DNA from: an uncultured Nitrososphaerales archaeon
GTDB taxonomy: Archaea > Thermoproteota > Nitrososphaeria > Nitrososphaerales > Nitrososphaeraceae
Direction of reading: 5' to 3'
Assembly (NCBI GenBank): GCA_963713605.1
Contig: CAVQMO010000010.1
Coordinates: 544,001 to 608,000 of the forward strand
Length of the DNA stretch: 64,000 nt
Shown here: positions 55,722-64,000 of the stretch, piece by piece
Layout: every line of letters begins with the position of its first letter
Numbering within the stretch: the stretch's first letter is position 1
The notes under the pieces: generated by a model
The model's input: the letters and a program-made list of their open reading frames with translations, nothing else
Databases searched by the model: none
Told to the model about the DNA's origin: nothing
Translations under genes and position numbers: made by a program

Positions 55722-56087
55722 ATGAAGATATATTCAGAAGATAGACCGTGGGGCAGGTTCGAAAAATTTCATGAAAATAAGATGAGCACGGTTAAATTAA
55801 TTTATATCACTCCTAACCATCGATTGAGTCTCCAATACCATAGACACCGAAATGAATTCTGGAGGATAGTAAGTGGAACTGCAGAAGTTGAGATTGATGG
55901 TCGGGCCTTTAGTGTAAAGGAAGGAGATGATATCTCTATTGGTTCAAAAAGTCACCACCGAATCAAAGCATTGTCAAATGGCTGTACTGTGCTTGAGATT
56001 TCCTACGGCCACTTTGATGAAGCAGACATCGTGCGCATTGAAGACGACTTTAACAGAGTCGATCCTAACACCCCACGATCACCGTAA
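55722..56087 (+). CDS. Cupin, mannose-6-phosphate isomerase type II C-terminal-like
   Basis: RPWG, LSLQYHRHRNEFW, HR, EADIVRIEDDF. Confidence 0.9.
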   Translation: MKIYSEDRPWGRFEKFHENKMSTVKLIYITPNHRLSLQYHRHRNEFWRIVSGTAEVEIDGRAFSVKEGDDISIGSKSHHRIKALSNGCTVLEISYGHFDEADIVRIEDDFNRVDPNTPRSP

Positions 56088-56140
56088 CTTTACTAACGAT
56101 CAACGAAATACAAATAAAGCCCTCTTAATGTTCTACCGTT

Positions 56141-57456
56141 ATGAGCGCAAGCAAGAAACCCCACATGAACCTAGTTGTTGTAGGTCATGTTGATAATGGT
56201 AAATCTACTACTGTTGGTCATTTAATGGTGGACTTAAAAGTTATTGATCAACGGACTATTGACGCATATGCGAAGGAATCCGAAGCGACAGGAAAGGGTG
56301 ATACCTTCAAGTATGCTTGGGTCTTGGATAGCATTAAGGAAGAAAGGGATAGAGGTGTAACCATAGACCTTGCCTTCCAGAAATTTGAGACTCAAAAGTT
56401 CTTTTATACTCTTATTGATGCCCCAGGTCATAGAGATTTTATCAAGAATATGATTACCGGAGCTTCCGAAGCCGATGCTGCTGTTCTTGTTGTTTCTGTG
56501 AAACCGGGTGAGACCGAAGCTCGCCACTGATCCTGGAGGTCAAGCACGTGAGCATGCATTTTTATCCCGTACTTTAGGCGTGAGCCAAATAGCTGTAGCT
56601 TTAAACAAGATGGACGACGTTGCATATTCCGAACAGAGATATAAGGAAGTGAAGGACTTGGTAGAAAAAATGCTGAAGTTAGTAGGATATAACACCAGCA
56701 AAGTTCAATTTATCCCAGTTTCTGCTTGGAAAGGTGATAATTTGGTTAAGCTTTCTGAAAATACACCATGGTACAAAGGTCATACACTTGCAGAAGCTCT
56801 CGACATGTTTGAGGCCCCAGAGAAACCAATCGGGAAGCCTCTTAGAATTCCAATTCAAGACGTGTATACCATTACTGGGGTTGGAACGGTACCTGTAGGC
56901 CGAGTTGAGACAGGAGTCGTTCGGGCTAATGACAAGGTGATAGTGATGCCGTCTGGAGTGACTGGTGAAGTAAAGTCGATAGAGACTCATCATACTCAAA
57001 TGGATTCAGCTGAAGCGGGCGATAACATAGGGTTTAACCTACGAGGAGTTGACAGGAAATCAATAAAGCGCGGGGATATACTGGGATCTACTGATAAGCC
57101 ACCTTCTGTCGCTAAAGAATTTGAGGCACAGATAATTGTGATTCATCACCCCACCGCGATGGCTCCGGGATACACACCTGTTCTACATGCCCACACAGCT
57201 CAAGTAGCAGGCTACTCTTTCAGAGTTTGTAGCAAAGATAGACGCTAAGACGGGGGCAATAGTAGAAGAAAAGCCAAAATTCTTAAAAACTGGCGATGCT
57301 GCTATAGTGAGAGTGAAACCTACTCGACCACTTGCAATTGAGACCTTCAAAGAGTTCCCCGAAATTGGAAGATTTGCGCTTAGGGATATGGGAACTACAA
57401 TCGCGGCAGGTGTGGTGAAAGCGATTGTGGAAAAGTATGATCCTAGTAAGAAATGA
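56141..57456 (+). CDS. tuf: Elongation factor 1-alpha (frameshifts near 56522 and 57210)
   Basis: [39 protein letters not shown]. Confidence 0.97.
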
Positions 57457-57465
57457 GTGATTTAG

Positions 57466-57777
57466 TTGCCTCAAGAAGCAAGAATAAAACTAACCAGTAC
57501 CAATCTCTCTACCTTGGAGACTGTTTGCTCTGAAATTAAGGGACTTGGAGAGAAAAACGGAATCAGGCTAAAAGGACCCCATCCGTTACCTACAAAAAAA
57601 ATGAAGGTGGTAACAAGAAAATCGCCTTGTGGGCAAGGAACAAATACCTATGATAAGTACGAATTAAGAATCCATAGACGTGTCATTGATTTGGGAGCAG
57701 ACGATAGAGCAATTCGGCAGTTAATGCGTTTAAAAATACCGGATGATGTGTATATTGAGGTCTCTTTAACTCAATAG
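57466..57777 (+). CDS. rps10: 30S ribosomal protein S10
   Basis: GPHPLPTK, RKSPCGQG, RIHRR; follows tuf. Confidence 0.97.
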   Translation: MPQEARIKLTSTNLSTLETVCSEIKGLGEKNGIRLKGPHPLPTKKMKVVTRKSPCGQGTNTYDKYELRIHRRVIDLGADDRAIRQLMRLKIPDDVYIEVSLTQ

Positions 57778-57876
57778 CCCCTTCACATTCAGATTGCCGA
57801 ATTAAAGCCTCACTATTCTTCCGCCAGCATAAATCAGACTATCTATAGACATCATCAGTTCATTGCAAACCATTTT

Positions 57877-58203
57877 TTAATGAAGATTCACCAGCTTCTG
57901 CGCACTGCTAAACAATATTTTAAGTTCTGAGACAGGTCCGTGGATTTCTAGTTTCTCTGTTCCTTGTATGCAGATCTTGGCCTTTCTAAATAAAAATCCT
58001 TTCTCTGAGTATTCCAAGCCATGCAGTCTGTCTAGCCTCTCGCTGACTATATCATTTGACTTGTGGATATGGCCTCGTTTAGCAAATAGAATAATCCTGC
58101 GGTCGGTCATTAATAATTTATATTTCTTTCCAGAATATTCAACGGGACACTTGCCATAAAACTTTACATTCTCGACAGGTAAGAGAAAATCGTTTAAGGT
58201 CAT
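57877..58203 (-). CDS. PH-like domain protein
   Basis: LLMTDRRIILF...KGFLF pattern of bacterial PH domains. Confidence 0.65.
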   Translation of the reverse strand: MTLNDFLLPVENVKFYGKCPVEYSGKKYKLLMTDRRIILFAKRGHIHKSNDIVSERLDRLHGLEYSEKGFLFRKAKICIQGTEKLEIHGPVSELKILFSSAQKLVNLH

Positions 58204-58374
58204 GATTTTACTTGTACGTATGGTGTAGATTCCAGAATATATATCAAAACAAGTCTCAATTAATTGCTGACATGATAGACAAAAATTGATAACAGATTTA
58301 TTGATTTAAGATAGCTTGCTAAGTCCATTGTCTCATATACTGAACATTTTATATCCGTCATTAAAGATTGAGAT

Positions 58375-61115
58375 ATGTTGGAAAACACGCCGCCCATGAC
58401 ACTATTTGAAAAAAAGAAAAGATTCCATGATTTGCCAGAGCTTCCAGATGGTCGGGTTGGGCTACTCCTTTCATCAGTTTATGTAGGTGATGAGCAGACG
58501 GTCTACCTTTTGTTTTATGACTTGGAGGAGAATGGACTTGCTGCCTGGAGAGATAGAACCAATCATAGACCCTATTGCTATACGAAGATGGAATACAAGG
58601 ACAGAGCAGAGGCGATATGCAATGAAGATAAGAAGTTATCACTTCAGCTGAACAAACAAGCGAGATTTGATCAATGATCAGATTATTGAAGTTTTAAAAA
58701 TCGTGGCTCCAGACCCACTATCAATTGGTGGAACTGACAATAGCGTAAGAGAAAGAGTGCGATCTTGGGAAGCAGACATCAAGTACCATGAAAACTATCT
58801 ATATGATTCTGGCCTTATTCCGGGTTCATACTATAGACGAAAAGGTGATTCCATTGTCAATGAGGATTACGGTATTTCTGAGACAGTTAAAGAGGCGTTA
58901 AAACGTCTTATTTTGAATAATAGTGACAATAATAATAAAAATGAAAATGAACATATTTCAATTAATGCTTACCAGGACCATGTTACCAATTGGGCCAATC
59001 TCCTAAACCAACCCGTACCGGAACTTAAAAGAGTTGCACTAGATATCGAGGTAGAATCGGAAGAAGGTCAAATGCCTACGCCTCGAGAGCATGAAAGAAG
59101 AATAATCGCCGTGGGGCTAGTTGGTACGGATGGTTTCAAGAAAATTCTTGTTTTGGGGGGAAGAAATTCAGATACAGTTGAGAAGGTGAATATACCTGAA
59201 GCCGAGCTGTGTCTCACTGAAAAGGAATTGATAGAAAAGACGTTTAAAGTGATAAACTCCTATCCGATAGTTATCACTTATAATGGCGATGATTTTGATC
59301 TTCCCTATCTGTACTTCCGATCTCAGGATTCCAGGATCGATCCGACTTCGCATTCTACCATCCCAAAGGAACAAGTACCAATTCTAGTAAAGAGAGATAG
59401 TTTTGTGAAACGAGGAACATTAGCGGAACCAGTTCGTTTAAAGAACGCAATCCATCTTGATCTGTTTAGGACATTTCAGAACAGATCAATACAGATTTAT
59501 GCATTTGGTAATAAATATTCTGAGTATACACTCAATGCTATCTCTTTTGCCCTGCTGGGTGAGGGTAAGCTCGATTTAGATTTGGACATTAGTGAGTCTA
59601 CCATTACAGAAGCTGGCAGAATACTGTCTTAGAGACGCGGATCTTACATTCAGACTTACTAGCTTTGGTAACAATCTCCTTATTAAACTTCTTTTAGTAA
59701 TAGCCCGAATTGCCCGATCATCACTTGACGATGTTTCTAGATTTGGTGTCAACCAATGGATCCGAGGAATGCTATACTATGAACATAGAAAAAATAATTT
59801 TCTTATTCCAAGACGAGAGGAACTCGGTGCGAAAGGATCCTCGTCAACCGTTGCTATCATTAAAGAAAAGAAGTATCGTGGAGGACTTGTGGTAGAACCT
59901 AAGTTAGGAATTCATTTCAATGTGGTAGTGGTTGACTTTGCTAGTCTTTATCCAAGTATTATTAAAGTATATAATTTATCCTATGAGACGGTCAACTGTC
60001 CCCATCAGGAATGTAAAAATGACGCGGGCCAGCTGATAGCGGGCACAACGCATTGGATTTGTAAGAAGAATAGGGGACTTACATCACAACTTATCGGATC
60101 TCTAAGAGATCTGCGTGTCAAGTATTACAAACAATTATCTAGGGAAACATCAATTGGTTTAGAAGAACGTCTGCTTTACAGCGTGGTAAGCCAGGCAATT
60201 AAGGTGATTCTCAATGCAAGCTATGGTGTGATGGGAGCCGAAATATTTCCGCTTTATTGCCTACCTGTTGCTGACGCTACTGCTGCGCTCGGGAGAACGA
60301 CTACCTATTCTACCATCGAAAAATGTAGAGAAGTCGGTATTGATGTAATTTACGGGGATACCGATTCTTTATTTCTTAAGGGTCCTTCGCCTACTAAGGT
60401 AGATGAAATTACGAAATGGGCGAGAGCTAAATATGGAGTCGATTTAGAGATTGATAAAACATATAGGTATGTTGTGTTCAGTGAATTGAAAAAAAATTAT
60501 CTTGGAGTCCTGTCTGACGGAACGGTAGATGTTAAGGGCCTCACTGGAAAAAAGTCTCATACTCCTCCTTTCATTAGAAATGCTTTTTCGCATATGTTAG
60601 ATATCTTGAGTAAAGTAGATTCTGAGAATGATTTCGAATCGGCAAGAGAGAAGATAAAAAGTATTCTTCAGGAGAATGCAAAGAATTTAGTAAGCCGTCG
60701 GATCCCGGTGCAGGATTTGAGCTTTAATGTTATGATAAACAAGTCGCCTGATAAATATGGAAAGAAAATTACCACTTCGACTGTAAAATCAGGCTCAATC
60801 GATGGCATCGATGTCATCGGAAAGGACTCTCATAAAGGTCTTCCGCAGCATATCAAGGCAGCAAGACTACTTGTCGAAAAAGGACGGGAAATAAAGGCAG
60901 GCGGCATAATTTCCTATGTGAAAACTAGAACAGTGGAAGGTGTGAAGCCAGTCGAACTCGCAAAGCCGGAAGAAATAGATACCGACAAATACCTTGAAAC
61001 TATGGAAGTTACATTCGACCAGATACTTGCATCTTTAAACTTTAATTTCAAATCATTGGTCGGACAACCGCGCCAATCCAATTTGGATGAACTTTTTTGG
61101 GGAGGATCAGTCTAG
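58375..61115 (+). CDS. polB: Family B DNA polymerase PolB1 (frameshifts near 58660 and 59590)
   Basis: DIEV, YNGDDFD, DFASLYPS, KVILNASYG, YGDTDS, KKNY. Confidence 0.95.
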
Positions 61116-61260
61116 GTTCTTGGAAATGATGTTTAATCAAATATGAACAAACCTTTTCGGTCACAAGACTTTATCCAAAATGTTTCACCACGAAGGATTT
61201 CTAGTTATGCTTTAGGGAAAAATAAGAAAAGAGAGAGTGTATCTCTAACTGAAGTTACTC

Positions 61261-62083
61261 TTAATCGTCTCCTATATGACTATCCACGAACCCCGACTTC
61301 AGACCTGTCCTATCAATTATTGTAGAATCCTTGCCCGATTTCTGAGTATAAACATAGACCTGGATATCATTTCCTTCTGGTCCAGGTATCATGTAACTAT
61401 CTTCGATATGATATCCCAATGTGTTGAAGTGTTGGTCAAAATAATCCTTCTCATCTGCCTGTACCACAAACAAGCCTGCTGTAGCCTGACTTGAATTTGT
61501 CGATAAATTATCTGGTGCGTTGGCAGGGGCAATGACATTGATTTTACCCTTAGGAGCTGCTGGATCTGTGTTCGTGGGATCTGAAAATGTATACGTCCCT
61601 GCGGTGTCAAAGGTATATTCAGTCCGCATCCCCAAATGGTATGCTCCCATTGGTGAGAAGAACCTGATTATCGCTGTCTTGGACAAGTGAAATACCATGG
61701 ACAACACCCTGAGGACTCTCTGTGCTATTGTCGGCGTTGGACCAGATTACTTTCGTCCCCTCTACAATGGTTGAATCAAGAGGAAGGAATCCCTGTGTTA
61801 TCAATCTCTTATCCGGTATCAAAACGACGAGATTGTGTACGTCAGAATCTAACTTCATGGAATTAGTCTGTGCGATGTCGCCAGCATTGAAACGTAGACC
61901 TGTAGCGGGAACTGTACTAGAACCCCCCCCACTTGAAGTCGTATTTGCAGGCTCATCGGAGCCGGGCATAACGTTTACCTGAGCGTAAACTGGCTCAATT
62001 GAGCTATAGGTACCCGCGCCTAACACGATCAGAATAGCAGCGGCAGAAACTGTAAGCGCTACGACACTCAAACTTATATTCAT
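61261..62083 (-). CDS. Secreted protein with cupredoxin-like domain (frameshift near 61628)
   Basis: Signal peptide ...VYAQ; GTKVIWSNAD..HGI..YTFDTAGTYTFSDP..KGKINV. Confidence 0.65.
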
Positions 62084-62176
62084 TTGGAGGCTGTAGGCAG
62101 ACTCCCATTTATAATGCATTGTGTTTGAAAATATTGACCTTCATATCATAGTACCTATGCAAATTGTTGGATTAGC

Positions 62177-63205
62177 ATGGTTTCGATCAAAAAAATGTCG
62201 ACGATACATCAACATTTATACCATAATTTGGTTCGACCATATCCAATGTCTACCCTGGAGGAGGTTCAATCATTTTTTATCTCTCCTGAATTAGGAGATG
62301 TTGGAGTATCTTTCGCTGATTTTCCCAGGAAAGTTTCACTTATCGACTCAAACGTGATAGTCTATGGAGTTCCATTGGATCTCACAACTTCTTTTGGGAA
62401 GGGAACGAGGGAAGGACCCAATTCAATCAGATTGACTTCTGCAAAACAAATAGAAACGTACCTATTTGAAGAAAGCACCGATTTGACTGACGAGGTCAAA
62501 ATTTATGATTTGGGGGATATGGAGATGCCGCAACTATATTCAAACTGTAGTCTGAGCTCCATCATTTCATCTATCGGATCAAACATCAGTATGACTGCTG
62601 GTCGTATAAAATCGAGTGGTAAAATTCCGATTTTATTAGGGGGCGAGCACACTATCTCATACTACCAACTTAAGGCGTTTGCTGATACAAGGCCTTTGAT
62701 TCTTCATTTCGATGCACATAGAGATCTGAAGCCTGAATACGGTGGTATGGTGATGTGTCACACAACCCCTTTCTACCACTTAATTAACGACGGACATATT
62801 CTTGGTCACGATCTAGTTCAAATTGGAATTAGACAATGTGATAGAGAGGAGAATCAAATTGCACTAAATAAAGGCGTCATTACATTCGATGCATGGACCA
62901 TTCATGACAACATTGATAAGTTGTTGTTATATCTAAAAGAAGTTACCTGCAATAGAGTTATCTATATTTCATTTGACATAGATGTTTACGACCTATCATA
63001 TGTTCCCTGCACCGGATGTCCTGAACCCTATGGTTTGGACCCCTTTCAGGTGGCTAAAATAATTAAAAGTATAAGCTCCTCTGCCTTGCTCATAGGTACG
63101 GATATGGTGGAAGTAGCAGCCAGAAATGGCGATTATAGGGAAGGTACATTGGCTGTCCAAACTCTTTATAGAATATTGGCTAATTTGCAAAAGGCTTATT
63201 CATAG
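62177..63205 (+). CDS. speB: Agmatinase/ureohydrolase
   Basis: GGEH, DAHRD, SFDID, PCTGCPEP; start may be ATG at 62246. Confidence 0.88.
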   Translation: MVSIKKMSTIHQHLYHNLVRPYPMSTLEEVQSFFISPELGDVGVSFADFPRKVSLIDSNVIVYGVPLDLTTSFGKGTREGPNSIRLTSAKQIETYLFEESTDLTDEVKIYDLGDMEMPQLYSNCSLSSIISSIGSNISMTAGRIKSSGKIPILLGGEHTISYYQLKAFADTRPLILHFDAHRDLKPEYGGMVMCHTTPFYHLINDGHILGHDLVQIGIRQCDREENQIALNKGVITFDAWTIHDNIDKLLLYLKEVTCNRVIYISFDIDVYDLSYVPCTGCPEPYGLDPFQVAKIIKSISSSALLIGTDMVEVAARNGDYREGTLAVQTLYRILANLQKAYS

Positions 63206-63248
63206 TTACAAAAATCAGACATAAATGGGGAATTTATATAGCGATGGG

Positions 63249-64000
63249 CTAGCTGGCGAATTGAGGTCTCTTCGATAGTAACAAAGGGAGGTTCAAAGGC
63301 AGATACGGCTTATCTGCGGTTTTGTTTGTTATCTCATTGACCAATCCATCCATTGTCATGGTCATTCTTTCACTAGGATTCAAACGATCCCGGATTTGAA
63401 ACCTTGCTTCTTCTACTTCGGTATCCCCTACAACAACAATGTAATTAATCCATTCCATTTCTGCATCTCGAATTTTTTTTCCTACTGATTCATCTCGATC
63501 ATCTATATCCACTCTAATGGATTTGTTCGAAATTGCATCTGCTATCTCCTTACAATAGCCGGTATGATTTGAGGTTACAGGGATCAAACGCATTTGAGTT
63601 GGCGAAAGCCATAGTGGCAAAGTGGGCTTAATTGCCAGTTTTTGAGCTTTTTCGCAGCCTTTTCTAGTAATGCAAAGATAACGCGTTCAATTGCTCCACT
63701 TGGTGAATTGTGTAAGATTACCGGATACTTTCTCGATCCATCTTCATCGACAAATGTTATGTTGTACCGTTCACTGTTTTCAATATCGATCTGGTCTGTG
63801 GAAAGTGCAGAAGCCTTTCCTTGATTGTCTATAAAGTTAAACTCCCATTTTAATATAAAATAGAAGAATCGCTCCTTCCAAACTTCTACTAAAACAGGTC
63901 GATTAAATTTCCTCAGCTAATTCGATAATCATATCCTTATTATCCCTGAGGCTTGCCTCGGTAAACCGTATTGCCATCTCGATGTCGTTAGAGGTTGAAA
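63249..64000 (-). CDS. thrS: Threonyl-tRNA synthetase, 3' part (frameshifted, runs off window)
   Basis: [38 protein letters not shown], anticodon-binding domain. Confidence 0.93.

Noticed and set aside
58375..61115. Split or intein-containing PolB, or a casposon polymerase
   Set aside because: The three ORFs join by simple frameshifts into a cellular PolB1; no intein motifs, cas1 or terminal inverted repeats
13628..64000. Frameshifts in many genes (tuf, ileS, thrS, polB, cdvC, tfb, lysK, lysM, nitrilase) as programmed frameshifting or mass pseudogenisation
   Set aside because: They hit essential genes, are mostly single-base insertions without a shared slippery motif, and the flanking protein sequence is undecayed; best explained as long-read indel errors

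Overview
Archaeal DNA most consistent with a soil ammonia-oxidising thaumarchaeon of the Nitrososphaeraceae. The evidence is archaeal EF-1alpha/rps10, PolB1, TFB, CdvC, a LysW-type lys/arg cluster next to dph5, an intron-containing tRNA-Leu and typical secreted low-complexity proteins. About 1-13 kb is an accessory region; about 13-28 kb is semi-accessory (four HdeD/DUF308 paralogues, MFS, cysteine hydrolase, GH5, DinB); about 28-64 kb is core genome. Many core genes (tuf, ileS, thrS, polB, cdvC, tfb, lysK) are split by 1-2 nt indels, almost certainly long-read errors. The most striking feature is invisible in the ORF track. About ten co-oriented, 5'-truncated remnants of the 3' end of a terminase-large-subunit-like gene (...LDKEATSHDDxxDxFRLSLQFWH*) lie between 715 and 11618, and most intervals between them hold an unrelated cargo gene or gene fragment. 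This looks like a cassette array built by repeated integration at the 3' end of a terL-like gene. All calls come from reading the sequence by eye; no searches were run.
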